Source: an uncultured Chloroflexia bacterium
GTDB taxonomy: Bacteria > Chloroflexota > Anaerolineae > JAAYZQ01
Assembly (NCBI GenBank): GCA_963700285.1
Contig: CAVOXA010000014.1
Coordinates: forward strand, 704,001-768,000
Reading direction: 5' to 3'
Length of the DNA stretch: 64,000 nucleotides
Made by a program: the position numbers and the translations under genes. Under the pieces are notes generated by a model. That model searched no databases. It was not told the origin of the DNA and saw only the letters and a program-made list of their open reading frames with translations. Shown here in pieces: positions 33,306 to 43,096 of this stretch (positions are counted from its first letter, which is position 1; each line of letters starts with the position of its first letter).

Positions 33306-33702
33306 CTCAGAAAGGCGCAGCCCTTAGAAGACAGTCACTATGCGCCTTATCAGCCCCTGAGGCGCACAGGGAGCAGCCATACCGTAAGCACCAGGAGTGC
33401 AGTCGTGAGCCTGTAGCGCCCGAACCTGCGGGCCGGTACCTTTTGAGTTCTTCTCCGCCTTGCTGGGCAGATTCATAGTGAAACTGCTGTCCGACCGCTG
33501 CTACGCTGCCATCCTCGATACCAAAGCCCCGTCGATTGATTTGACCTTCGACACGGCAGATGGCCCTGCGCGTCTCGCAAACGTGCGAGCCCTGATGCAT
33601 CTGCCTCAAGCGAGTGTTTGGGAACCAGCATAGGGCCATCCTCCGCGAGCGCAATCCCTAGAAGGGGATGTCCATCGCGCCGGCAAATGACTTGCGCAGT
33701 AG

Positions 33703-33804
33703 CGTATCCCAGAAGACTATCCGTTCGCCTACGAGGGTAAATCCCACGGGCTTGTCCTTGACCTGCACGGATTCCATCATTGCGTAGCGTTGTTTGGCAA
33801 TTAT
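33703..33804 (-). pseudogene. 5' remnant of a Rieske oxygenase paralog
   Basis: IIAKQRYAMMESVQVKDKPVGFTLVGERIVFWDT aligns with MIPNQWYVLMESRQVKETPVGVTRMGEKMVFWRDT of the 24673-25671 product; ATA stands where ATG would be. Confidence 0.6.
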
Positions 33805-33901
33805 TTGCTCATCTTCATTTGGTAAGGTTCCGACACGACGGACCGCAGTCCAATTACTCAGTCTAGGGAGGTCACCGATTAGCGTTGCTCCAAGGCCATG
33901 G

Positions 33902-34726
33902 CTAAGATCGCCGCGTCCGAACCTTGAGCGCGATGACAGCCAGCGCATAGGTGAATCCAGCCAGTACCAGACAGGCAAGCAGCCCCTTCCACATTGCTGC
34001 AGCGTCCCAGCCGGTGTTGAGTAGTGCCCGCATCGCTTGGAGCACATACGTGATTGGGTTCAAGGCTGCTGCAATCCTGAGCCAACCATCGAGTAGCTCG
34101 ATTGGCACAAAGGTTGGTGCTAGAAATGTCAGGGGAACAAAAACAAAGGTAGCACCTTCTGTAACTGCTGCGCTGCCACTGCCCAGAGCCGCAGACACCG
34201 TGAACCCGGCGAACCCAGTGCCAAGAAGAACAGAGAGGACCACAACAAACAGCAAGCCAGCCCAGCCAGTCGCCGGATCCAACCCGAGCAGAAGGCCAAC
34301 GACAAGCACAGCGCTGGCCTGCAGACCCAATATCACGGCTCCAGCCAGGATTGGACTCAGAAGCAGGACGCCGCGACTCACTGGTGTGATCAGGAGTTTG
34401 TCAAAGTAGCCACGTTCCAAATCGCGTACCAAGTTCTGGGATGCAATGCCCGCTCCTGCCACCGAAGACGTGACGATAGAAAGGGGCAGGATAAAGCCAA
34501 GGTAGTCGCCCTCCATACTTGGAATGAAACCGGCCGCCTTGCCCAACGTCGACTCGTAGATGATCAAAAAGAAGACACTTATGGCTATAGGTGGTAGCAA
34601 GGCTTCTGGCGTGCGAAAGATCGTGACCAGGTTGCGCCGCAACAGTAGGAGCAGTTGGCAAGGGAACGAGAGTCGATTCCCTCCTCTACTGCTATGCCAC
34701 GCCGAACCATCTGCCTCATGAGTCAC
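33902..34726 (-). CDS. ABC-2 type exporter permease (DrrB-like)
   Basis: Six TM; DLERGYFDKLLITPVSR and NPITY..AMR. Confidence 0.85.
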   Translation of the reverse strand: MTHEADGSAWHSSRGGNRLSFPCQLLLLLRRNLVTIFRTPEALLPPIAISVFFLIIYESTLGKAAGFIPSMEGDYLGFILPLSIVTSSVAGAGIASQNLVRDLERGYFDKLLITPVSRGVLLLSPILAGAVILGLQASAVLVVGLLLGLDPATGWAGLLFVVVLSVLLGTGFAGFTVSAALGSGSAAVTEGATFVFVPLTFLAPTFVPIELLDGWLRIAAALNPITYVLQAMRALLNTGWDAAAMWKGLLACLVLAGFTYALAVIALKVRTRRS

Positions 34727-35733
34727 GAGACATGAACCTCCGTGTCCGCCCCGTCCCCAGACTTTGATCCTCTGGCCGTGGACATCTCCAGCGTCTGCAA
34801 CCGATGGCCGGTCACTGCAAGGAACACGTCGTCAAGCGTTGGCTGGGTTAAGGTCAGCGAAATCGTCGGTACCGCCGCCTGTTGAAGCCGGTTCAACACG
34901 GACGGGATTGCCGCAGCAGCGTGGCTCAGATACAGACGGACCATTTCGCGATCCAACTGGATACGATCGCCCATGCCAGCCAGTACAGACATCGCTTCTT
35001 CAGCCATCTGTCGCGTATCAAACAAGAGGTTCAGCGATTCGCTGCCCACAGACGCCTTTAGTATAGCAGGTGAACCCTCGGCCGCGATCTTGCCTTGGTC
35101 GATGATCACCACCCTGTCGGCCAGCTCGTCTGCCTCCTCCATATATTGGGTTGTGAGAAAGATCGTGATCCCCAGCTGCGCGTTCAGCCTTCTGATTTCC
35201 TGCCACATATCTCTTCGGCTTGCCGGGTCCAGGCCCGTAGTCGGTTCGTCTAGGAAAAGGACCTCCGGCTCATGAACCAGTGCCATGGCCAGGTCCAAGC
35301 GCCGCCGCATTCCAACACTTAAGGTACCAGTCCGGCGACCCACCTCCTCAGCCAGTCTGATCAACTGGATCAGTTCTTGCGCGCGCGTTTTGGCGTCTAA
35401 GCGGTTGGCGCCAAAAAGCTGACCCTGCAACGTAAGAAGCTCCAATGGCTTCATGAGCGGATCGATACCGATCTCCTGCAGCGCCACGCCGAGGATTCGA
35501 CGCACGGATTCTGCCTCTGACACCACATCAAAACCGCAGACTGTAGCACGCCCATGCGTAGGCAGCGCCAGCGTGGTCAGGATCTTGATGGTTGTACTCT
35601 TGCCTGCCCCGTTGGGACCAAGAAAACCAAAGATGCTCCCTCTCGCCACTTGGAAGGAGACGCCGTCCACGGCTTTCACCGGGCCACGGTAATGTTTGGC
35701 GAGATTCTCGACAACAACAGCTTGATCGATCAT
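34723..35733 (-). CDS. ABC exporter ATP-binding protein (DrrA-like)
   Basis: GPNGAGKST, LSVGMRRRL, FLDEPTTGLD, TTQYMEEAD and PTLDDVFL. Confidence 0.9.
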   Translation of the reverse strand: MIDQAVVVENLAKHYRGPVKAVDGVSFQVARGSIFGFLGPNGAGKSTTIKILTTLALPTHGRATVCGFDVVSEAESVRRILGVALQEIGIDPLMKPLELLTLQGQLFGANRLDAKTRAQELIQLIRLAEEVGRRTGTLSVGMRRRLDLAMALVHEPEVLFLDEPTTGLDPASRRDMWQEIRRLNAQLGITIFLTTQYMEEADELADRVVIIDQGKIAAEGSPAILKASVGSESLNLLFDTRQMAEEAMSVLAGMGDRIQLDREMVRLYLSHAAAAIPSVLNRLQQAAVPTISLTLTQPTLDDVFLAVTGHRLQTLEMSTARGSKSGDGADTEVHVS

Positions 35734-35812
35734 ACTTCATCCATTGATAGATGCAAAGACAGCCTGCTAACAAAGTTCCACAGAAATCTGGCCCGGGCCG
35801 GACCCAGCTGGG

Positions 35813-36541
35813 CTAGTCTGCTTGTCGGTTCAGCAGTGCCGGTATGCTGTACCGGTCCATGAACCGGCCGAGTTGTCTGCTCATATCCAAAAAGTCGGAC
35901 AGCTCCTCTTGATTGCGAAAGACCCTCTCCTTGTGATACTGATAGTACTGCTTGACATCCTTGCGCATTGCTATCCAGAACACGATATTCGCAAAGACGA
36001 TATAGGCGAGTACTGCAGGGTCCCCCGTACGGAGCCACAGCCATGGTATGAGCAGAACCATGCCACCCCAGCGTACCAGATGTACCTGTCCGAGCAATAC
36101 ACCAAGCACCACAGCCACCACATTGCAGACAACAATGCCAAGCGGGTCGATGACCAGCACGCTGCCATAGACCACCGATTCGCCCCGGCCACCATGAAAC
36201 TGGTGATAGATAGGCCAGTCATGTCCCACCAATGCTAAGGCGGCGAAGATGAGGTCATACGGAGTCACAGGAAACCAATACTGCAGGGCCAGCATAGGCA
36301 GCACGACCTTGAGCATGTCCAGGATACCGGTCAGGCAGCCATAGCGCGCACCCAGGCTGAGATTCACCAGGGTGGCGCTTGCGGCATCATCTTCGTAGAC
36401 CAGATCGCTGTTCGGGACAGCCTCTACATATCGCGTGACGTCAGTACCTGGCGCCACCAGCCTGGCTATCAGGCGCGCAAAGGAAATGGAGCCGATCAGG
36501 TAGCCAGTTACACCCACAACGAGCGTAGTCAGTGGATCCAT
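35813..36541 (-). CDS. PlsY-like (DUF205) membrane protein, atypical
   Basis: GYLIGSI, LDMLK and GHDWPIYHQFHGGRG; motif 1 degenerate and catalytic His motif absent. Confidence 0.75.
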   Translation of the reverse strand: MDPLTTLVVGVTGYLIGSISFARLIARLVAPGTDVTRYVEAVPNSDLVYEDDAASATLVNLSLGARYGCLTGILDMLKVVLPMLALQYWFPVTPYDLIFAALALVGHDWPIYHQFHGGRGESVVYGSVLVIDPLGIVVCNVVAVVLGVLLGQVHLVRWGGMVLLIPWLWLRTGDPAVLAYIVFANIVFWIAMRKDVKQYYQYHKERVFRNQEELSDFLDMSRQLGRFMDRYSIPALLNRQAD

Positions 36542-36575
36542 GCCTCCTCCCCCCCGGCAGCCAGCACGTGGTCGA

Positions 36576-37817
36576 CTACGGGCGCGCCTCTAGCTCCTGA
36601 CGCTTCAAGTCTATCTTTTCCTTGAATGCCTGGATGACCACAGGATCATCATTCCAGGCCCCCAGGTTCAACAAGGGGTACCCCTCAGGAACTCGCGCCT
36701 CATTGACCAGCGCTGGAATGTCATATTGGCTGTGTATTGCATCAGCACTTATCGCTGCAGAGAAATACAGTACCTCCTCGACACCGCTTCTAAGAAACTC
36801 CTCCACCTTCTCTGCAGGTTTGGGCTCCTTGAATTCCATCCAGGCCAGGCTCATGTTGTCCTTCCTGTACCCATCGGCCTCCAACTTGGCGAGTACATCT
36901 TCCCGGAAGCCAATCTCCTGTGCTGTCTCTGTCGACCATTCCAGATCCCATTCGTCAGGCTGGCCGTGTCCAACCAGCAGAATACCCACTTTGGACTTGT
37001 CGACGTCGCCCTTGTTGGCATTGGCCCGCTGGACAAACATACTCTGCAAGGTTTCGGAGTCATACATCGGTCCTGTAAACTCGAGCGGTACATCAAACTC
37101 ATCCTCCACTTGCAGCGCCTCAATGAGTTCTTTGCCTTCTGCCGTATGGTTGGAAATGGTCAAAAAGACCTCGCTGACAACGATCCTGCTGGCACCTTCG
37201 TTCAGTGCCTGAATGACGGCCGCGTCCGGTCTGGGATCGTCGTCCAGGAAACTGAGGTAGAACCGGGTAGAGTCGTCCCCCTCTGCACGATATGCCTGTT
37301 CAAGGCTTTTCAGCATCTGAGCGTGCATCCTTCGGTGATCACTCCGACCCACCTCCAGGTATTTGTTCCTGAGCTGGTTGACAAAGAAAGGCCGGGCTAC
37401 GAGCGGCACAAAGGGTATCTTTTGCTCATCGAATTCATTAAACTGGTTGATCCAGCCAATTGGATCGTAGGTCTCGGGTTCGCCGTGCGTAAAGTATACC
37501 ACAGCCGTATGACCTAGGCCAGAATCGCCTTTCTCTCGGGTCAACTCAGGAACAGGTCGAGGGTCCTCCCTTGAGAGAAAGACCTGTGTCATCACAACGT
37601 AGCCTGCAAAAAAAAAGACCAGGGAAAGCGGAATCGCCGCCAACAGCAGTCGCCCCTTGAAACCCAGGGCAAGAACGACTAGCAGGGAAAACAGGACGAG
37701 AAGAGTTGCAGCGAGATACCCACTCATCTGCAGCGGATGAGTGGTCAGAAAGACAACGAGCAGAACGCCAAGAGCGAACGACAGGCCAACCGGCAGCAAC
37801 CATTTTACGTATTCCAT
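36576..37817 (-). CDS. Membrane-anchored class II chelatase-like protein (ferrochelatase/CbiX fold)
   Basis: Three N-terminal TM helices; duplicated xxHG motifs FTHGEP and LVGHGQP; AWMEF..P and HSQYDIP. Confidence 0.6.
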   Translation of the reverse strand: MEYVKWLLPVGLSFALGVLLVVFLTTHPLQMSGYLAATLLVLFSLLVVLALGFKGRLLLAAIPLSLVFFFAGYVVMTQVFLSREDPRPVPELTREKGDSGLGHTAVVYFTHGEPETYDPIGWINQFNEFDEQKIPFVPLVARPFFVNQLRNKYLEVGRSDHRRMHAQMLKSLEQAYRAEGDDSTRFYLSFLDDDPRPDAAVIQALNEGASRIVVSEVFLTISNHTAEGKELIEALQVEDEFDVPLEFTGPMYDSETLQSMFVQRANANKGDVDKSKVGILLVGHGQPDEWDLEWSTETAQEIGFREDVLAKLEADGYRKDNMSLAWMEFKEPKPAEKVEEFLRSGVEEVLYFSAAISADAIHSQYDIPALVNEARVPEGYPLLNLGAWNDDPVVIQAFKEKIDLKRQELEARP

Positions 37818-37853
37818 GCTTATCCCTTTCCAGATCATAGTTTGGCAGTTATG

Positions 37854-40190
37854 TTAGGATTCGTGCAATATGATCTCGCCCCGGTAGGCGTCCACCGTCA
37901 CAAGCGAATTGTCTGCTAGACGGCAGGCTCCAGAGACCGAGACCACAGCGGGAATGCCGTACTCGCGCGCGACGATAGAGCTGTGCGAGAGGATTCCGCC
38001 TGATTCGGCAACAACAGCTCCCGCTCTGGCGAACAGGGGTGTCCAGCCCACATCCGAATGTGGGATCACGAGCACATCCCCGGTCTTGAGCTTGTCAAAG
38101 TCCTCGATACCCTGAAGAACTCTGACCCGGCCTGTGTACTGGCCGCGTGACGTAGGTACACCGCCCAGGCTATCACCAGCGGGGGATATGAGAACAGGTT
38201 CTTGATCCCCGTAGATGAGACTTGGAGGCTGTACATCGCGGACCCCCTCGATTCCTTGCTTGCGCTCCTCAACAGTAGTCTGAAATCGAAAACTTCCAGG
38301 ACCGCTCTCCACTACCTGCACTACCTCCTCGTAGCTAAGGTAAAAGATGTCATCCCTCGATGTAATCACACCTCTACGCGCAAAGTGATCGCCCAGAGCC
38401 AGGAAATGGTCGCGAAATTGCCCATAACCAAAAGTGTAGAGCGAACTCACCGCTTCGCGGTACCAACGGTATCGCCCCGCCAGCCTGTACACTGGTCCAA
38501 TGAAGAATCTACGATGCGACGGTAGTTTCAACTGATCGAACTTTATCTGGCCAGTCCGGACTTGGGTTGGCATTTCGTCAGCAATCATCCTAAGGATCAG
38601 GTCTGGTCTGTCCCGCCAAGGTACGGCCGAGAAATCATTCCCGCTATCGCTCAGATGCCCAAAGCGCTCGATGAATAGCGAAACTTCCCTTTGAAAGGAT
38701 TCAGCACCAGGCAACATGTGCAATTCTTCATAGCTACAATCAGAGATATGGTCTTTCAATTCGGGTTCCAGTCCGCTGTATTGCTCCCTTAATCGCGCGA
38801 GATGCACGTCCGGCTTGAATTGCTCCATCTCTGCCATATGGTCGGTCAGGTCCAGGCCTTCTAGATCGACACCACTCCGAGCTAGTTGCCCTCTGAGTAT
38901 ACGATCGTACAGGTGCATGAGCACCGCTACGACAATATTGTAATAGGCTGCTTCTTGTACCAAGACGAATAGCCTATCAATCCCTTTCAGGAGTTCGTTC
39001 TCCTCCAACTGGGCAGATTTGGCACGCTGAAATGCCTGAAATTGCTCATCCAGCTTTGGGAGCATGGTATCGAGCGCCCTAGCGAATCGGATTTTCCCCG
39101 CAGCAAAGGCAAGGATTCTGGGCAGAAGCGAGTACGTCTTTGGAGTTGGTCTGAAGGATGGCTTCTCCGGCCCCTCTACCTCGATGCCCAGCAAGAGCTC
39201 GAGCGCCTCTCTGGGAAGACCAAGCATCTCAAAGATCTGACCTATGGTTCCCATATCGAAATATGCGCGGTGGTAGAATAGCGCGGCAAGACTCTCAGGA
39301 TCAATATCGTGGGGACCGGTCAACTCGGTCAAGAATCTGACCCAGGCCCCGTTGACCAGCGGAGCATTCGTCGCCCATATCAACGGCTTGATGATCCCCG
39401 GGAAAACCTCACTGGCAATGCGATTGGAATATAACGGAATATCGAGTGAGGTGATCTCGCGCAGTTGAACCCAGCTCACCGCCTCGCCATCGTGGACCCA
39501 TTCCAGATCGACAGGCCTGCCATATTTCTTGGAGATTTCCTTGGTCTGGCGTACAATGCTATCAACAGTGCCCAGCTCGGGGACTTGGTCATCAGGAACT
39601 TGGATCCAGGAACCCCACTTGTTGCTCCAGCGCATGGGCGTAACGCCATCTTGAACCAGGGCCTCGCCACTGCCGCGCACAGCCTCCACAATGACTTCGT
39701 CCATGCCAGTCATGGGATTCTTGCTAAAGGAGACTCCGGAAAAGTGCGGCTGGACCATCTCCTGGATGATGATAGCCATCCTCAACTCACCCGGATCGAG
39801 GCCACTCTTCTCCAGATATGCCTGCACTCCCGGTTCCAGAGCCGCCGCCCATATCGACTGCACGGCCTCTAGGATATCTGCGATTCCTTGCACACCTAGG
39901 TGTGTCTTGAACTGACCCGCAAATGAGTGCTCGTGGCCATCCTCAATGTTTGCCGAGGAGCGCACGGCATATGCGCGGTCCATGTTCAGTCTCTCAAAGA
40001 GGCCGGATCGTAGGTCTGAGACGAGTTCGGGATCACCCGCCCGGTAGCGAACGTACGCATCCCAGGTGCAGACATATGAAGCAGGGACCTGCAGTCCGTT
40101 CCGGATTAGAAACCGTAGATTCTCTGCCTTGCCGCCGATCGTCCCAGGAACTCTGCGAGCACGCAGGTCATAGATAAGAGTTCGTGACAT
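37854..40190 (-). CDS. PEP-utilising dikinase of RPH-like architecture (ATP-grasp, central domain, His-swivel)
   Basis: GGKA..L, AVRSSA..ED...SFAGQF, IIQEMV, DLEW and QLREIT; C-terminal GWTPLF...GGILSHSSIVAREYGIPAVV; no PEP-binding barrel. Confidence 0.85.
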   Translation of the reverse strand: MSRTLIYDLRARRVPGTIGGKAENLRFLIRNGLQVPASYVCTWDAYVRYRAGDPELVSDLRSGLFERLNMDRAYAVRSSANIEDGHEHSFAGQFKTHLGVQGIADILEAVQSIWAAALEPGVQAYLEKSGLDPGELRMAIIIQEMVQPHFSGVSFSKNPMTGMDEVIVEAVRGSGEALVQDGVTPMRWSNKWGSWIQVPDDQVPELGTVDSIVRQTKEISKKYGRPVDLEWVHDGEAVSWVQLREITSLDIPLYSNRIASEVFPGIIKPLIWATNAPLVNGAWVRFLTELTGPHDIDPESLAALFYHRAYFDMGTIGQIFEMLGLPREALELLLGIEVEGPEKPSFRPTPKTYSLLPRILAFAAGKIRFARALDTMLPKLDEQFQAFQRAKSAQLEENELLKGIDRLFVLVQEAAYYNIVVAVLMHLYDRILRGQLARSGVDLEGLDLTDHMAEMEQFKPDVHLARLREQYSGLEPELKDHISDCSYEELHMLPGAESFQREVSLFIERFGHLSDSGNDFSAVPWRDRPDLILRMIADEMPTQVRTGQIKFDQLKLPSHRRFFIGPVYRLAGRYRWYREAVSSLYTFGYGQFRDHFLALGDHFARRGVITSRDDIFYLSYEEVVQVVESGPGSFRFQTTVEERKQGIEGVRDVQPPSLIYGDQEPVLISPAGDSLGGVPTSRGQYTGRVRVLQGIEDFDKLKTGDVLVIPHSDVGWTPLFARAGAVVAESGGILSHSSIVAREYGIPAVVSVSGACRLADNSLVTVDAYRGEIILHES

Positions 40191-40386
40191 CCATCGCCTC
40201 ATGCTCAAGAGCAGTACGAGCCCTCAGCACCGTCTGACGGTCGGCATCCCGCCCAATGCGCAGTACCGGTTTCTGCTCTGTAACAACCATCACAGTGAGC
40301 GATATTCTATCAGAATACAGACGAAGCACTCGCCGAACTAGGTCCTTTGCGTTACTCTCCGTGGCCCTCTCTCGAGACAAGGACAT
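40168..40386 (-). CDS. Possible small hypothetical protein
   Basis: 72-aa ORF filling the gap between the REC gene and the dikinase gene, overlapping both. Confidence 0.25.
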   Translation of the reverse strand: MSLSRERATESNAKDLVRRVLRLYSDRISLTVMVVTEQKPVLRIGRDADRQTVLRARTALEHEAMDVTNSYL

Positions 40387-40723
40387 TCATGGCTTCAACC
40401 AACTGCGTGGGCGGGTTGGCCTTGCTGACAAATATATCTGCGCCAGCGGCCAGGGCACTCCCTTCATCCTCTGGTCGTCCACTTAGAACTACAACATAGG
40501 TATGGTTGCCTGAAGCACGGATTGCAGACAGCAACGTCTGGATCGGCGCCCCAGGCAGATCCCAGTCAAGCAAAACGATGTCGGGATGAGCCGGCACCAT
40601 CTGGCTTAGCAGATTCTCGCCGTCCGCTGCTTCGCCAACCACTTTCAAGCCATCCTCCTCCTGCAGAAGCATTCGAAGTGCGGAACGAGTGGCCGCTTGA
40701 CGGTCGGCTATTAGTATGCGCAT
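40352..40723 (-). CDS. Stand-alone response regulator receiver domain (NarL-type REC)
   Basis: MRILIAD, VVGEAAD, PDIVLLDWDLPG and AGADIFVSK. Confidence 0.8.
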   Translation of the reverse strand: MRILIADRQAATRSALRMLLQEEDGLKVVGEAADGENLLSQMVPAHPDIVLLDWDLPGAPIQTLLSAIRASGNHTYVVVLSGRPEDEGSALAAGADIFVSKANPPTQLVEAMNVLVSREGHGE

Positions 40724-40807
40724 GATCCTGTCCCCATGCCCAACAAACATGGCCCTCGAGTCAGCAGTTGGAGCTGCTGGCGGAGAGATGCCCACCATGG
40801 GACCAGG

Positions 40808-41467
40808 TCAGCAGGCACTGAACGCCTCGCGAAGGCTTTCTCGATCGAGCAGGATCAGTTTGCCGCGGCCAGATGCCACCCATCCGCGTTTTCGAAACTC
40901 CTGCAGGGTCTTGCTGATGGACTCGCGCCAGGTACCCAGCATGTCAGCCAGTTCATGGTGAGTGACATGAACAGCACGGTGCGGATCGTCGCCTGTCAGA
41001 TCCAGAAGCAGTGCTGCCAATCTAGAGGCGACAGTACTGTAGGCGGTCTGGGCCAGCCGGTCCTCTGTCTCTCGAACACGCTGGCCCATGGCCTGCACCA
41101 ACCCAAAGCCAAACAGGGCATCAGTCGCTGATATCTCCAGCGCTGCTTTGCCAGGCAAGATCCAGACCGTACAAGATTGCAGGCACACAGCATGCATATC
41201 GGGCGCTTCACCGCCCAGCAGGGATGCCTCTCCGAACATAGAACCGGTAGCCAGGGTAGCAACTACAAGGCGACGGCCATCTCTCCCTGTGCGGTAAAGC
41301 TGGACTCGGCCACTTGTCACCAGGAATATGGACTGGGCCATCTGCTGCGCAGTGCACACCGTCTTCCCTGTAGGAAAGGAGCAGATTCTCACCAGGCACT
41401 CCAATTCTCTGTTGCGTTGCACAAGACAACGGAAAATGCTCGTAGCATCCCTCTGTATAGGGTCCAC
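40808..41467 (-). CDS. Crp/Fnr family transcriptional regulator
   Basis: SGRVQLYR, FGEASLL and HTH THHELADMLGTWRESISKTL; GTG 41467 after GAGGGG (start uncertain). Confidence 0.85.
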   Translation of the reverse strand: MDPIQRDATSIFRCLVQRNRELECLVRICSFPTGKTVCTAQQMAQSIFLVTSGRVQLYRTGRDGRRLVVATLATGSMFGEASLLGGEAPDMHAVCLQSCTVWILPGKAALEISATDALFGFGLVQAMGQRVRETEDRLAQTAYSTVASRLAALLLDLTGDDPHRAVHVTHHELADMLGTWRESISKTLQEFRKRGWVASGRGKLILLDRESLREAFSAC

Positions 41468-41654
41468 TTTGCTGCCCCTCTGTCTGAGCACTCCATGCAG
41501 TGCAAACTTCACATTGCCGTCTTGTGCGCGAGGCTTCAGCCTCGCTACGTTCCAACCCGACCCCGATCGCATTGCCGAACTAGCAGCCAGGGGGCCTCCT
41601 CCACACACGCCCAGCTTGCTCATGGCTACGGCCTACAGACTGAATTGGTCAAAC

Positions 41655-41690
41655 AAGCCACCAAGGTACCGAATCGCGCCTTGGTGGCTT
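41655..41690. repeat. Inverted repeat upstream of the Crp gene
   Basis: AAGCCACCAAGG-12 nt-CCTTGGTGGCTT, perfect 12-bp arms. Confidence 0.55.
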
Positions 41691-41835
41691 TGGGACATCA
41701 CCGGGGACCGGATGCTGAACCCGGCGATGGCTTTCTACCGTAGGGCCCAGACCTGGTCTGGAGTTTTCCAGAACCATCGCCGCGACAATCTAGACGAGTC
41801 GCAGAAGAGCAGGCCTCAAGCCCACGGACTTGAGA

Positions 41836-42630
41836 TTACTGTCGGGTAGCCCCGGCGTTGCGGCGCAGGGAAAGTCCAGCGACGACCAGGGCAAGACCAA
41901 CACCCAACACAGCCAGCAACCACAGATTGGTGACCTCACCGCCGGTCTCTGGCATCGTAGCGGGATAGCTGGCATCTACGCTGGGCACAGCCTGCAGGGC
42001 AGGCTCACCACCGGCCAAGCCCATGGCGAACACCGTGTAGACCGTGCCCGCCTCAAGGGCGACGCCCGGCACGCTCAGGGCAACGGTCTCTGTTCCGGCC
42101 AGGCGAGCTTCAAGGTCGTACGTTCCAGCATCCACCGGTAGATAGTCACCGACGCCCTTGAACTCAACGTTGGCAAAGAGTACGGGCCCACCGTTGGCCA
42201 CGGCAATATCAACAGCCGGAGCATCGGGCGAGGCGTGGACAAAGCGCACGTGCGCTTTGCCGGCAGCCGGAGCGCTGTTGTTGTCGACAAGAACCAGGGG
42301 CTCAATGTTCTCCAACATGCCCACAGCCACCACCGTGTAGTCGGTCTGCGTCTCGAGTGGCAGGTCAGCCTCGATTACGACCGGCTCTGTGGCACCAGTG
42401 GGCGTCACCTGAACATTGTAAGTGGCGGGCTCAAGTTTTGCATAGTCAGTGATTCCGGTGAAGGGAGCGTTGCTAAAGGCAACAGCGCCATCCACCCACA
42501 CATCGACCGCCGGTGCGTCGGGTGAGGCATGCACAACCCGCACACGAGCCTCATGACCATCAGCAAAGGCGCTACTGGCCAAGGCGAGACTGAGAACTAG
42601 GACCGCGGATACGACTAACAGACGTTTCAT
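41836..42630 (-). CDS. DUF4397 domain surface protein with sortase-like signal (paralog 2)
   Basis: Colinear with and very similar to 18533-19345; C-terminal MPETGG, TM helix and RR. Confidence 0.85.
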   Translation of the reverse strand: MKRLLVVSAVLVLSLALASSAFADGHEARVRVVHASPDAPAVDVWVDGAVAFSNAPFTGITDYAKLEPATYNVQVTPTGATEPVVIEADLPLETQTDYTVVAVGMLENIEPLVLVDNNSAPAAGKAHVRFVHASPDAPAVDIAVANGGPVLFANVEFKGVGDYLPVDAGTYDLEARLAGTETVALSVPGVALEAGTVYTVFAMGLAGGEPALQAVPSVDASYPATMPETGGEVTNLWLLAVLGVGLALVVAGLSLRRNAGATRQ

Positions 42631-42922
42631 TTCTTACCTCCTTGAGTTAAACATAATGGGATTAGAGAAGCGAAGTATCGATAGACAAGCAGCGCGAGAT
42701 TGAGCCTGTCGACTAGTGGAAACTGGCACGCATCCTTTTTGAGTCGTAGTAGTAGTTGGTTTGAGACGGCTTTGACGCCGCCCTGTCGACATGGTCTTCG
42801 ACGCTTCTGAAAGTGATGGCTGTAGTGATAGTTTCATGATCAAGTCCTATGATGTAGTGCTTGGCATCCCAAGCCTGCAGACCAGTCCCCAGATCACTCT
42901 CAACGCTGCTCGAACTACAGGT

Positions 42923-42980
42923 ATTGTACCGCAAGGACGTGATTCCTGCACTAGGCGATGGTAGAGTCCTTGCGGCTAAT
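42923..42980 (-). promoter_or_regulatory. Palindromic promoter/operator element, copy 1
   Basis: CCGCAAGGAC...GTCCTTGCGG inverted repeat next to a TACAAT -10; 43 of 58 nt identical to 44715-44772 (manual ungapped count). Confidence 0.7.
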
Positions 42981-43052
42981 TCTCATCTAGCCACAAGGTT
43001 AGATGCGGCTTAGCCACCCGGCTAGGTTCGTCGGGAACCTGCGATCCTCGGT

Positions 43053-43088
43053 GGTCCTGGGCCAAGGCATGTACCTTGGCCCAGGACC
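43053..43088 (-). terminator. Strong hairpin after the DUF4397 tandem gene
   Basis: GGTCCTGGGCCAAGG-catgta-CCTTGGCCCAGGACC, a 15-bp stem 8 nt past the stop codon; no U-tract. Confidence 0.6.
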
Positions 43089-43096
43089 CACCAGCC

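Noticed and set aside
37854-40190. Rifampicin-resistance phosphotransferase or PEP synthase call
   Set aside because: It shares the architecture only: no PEP-binding barrel, no rifamycin-specific features recognised, and the context suggests another substrate.
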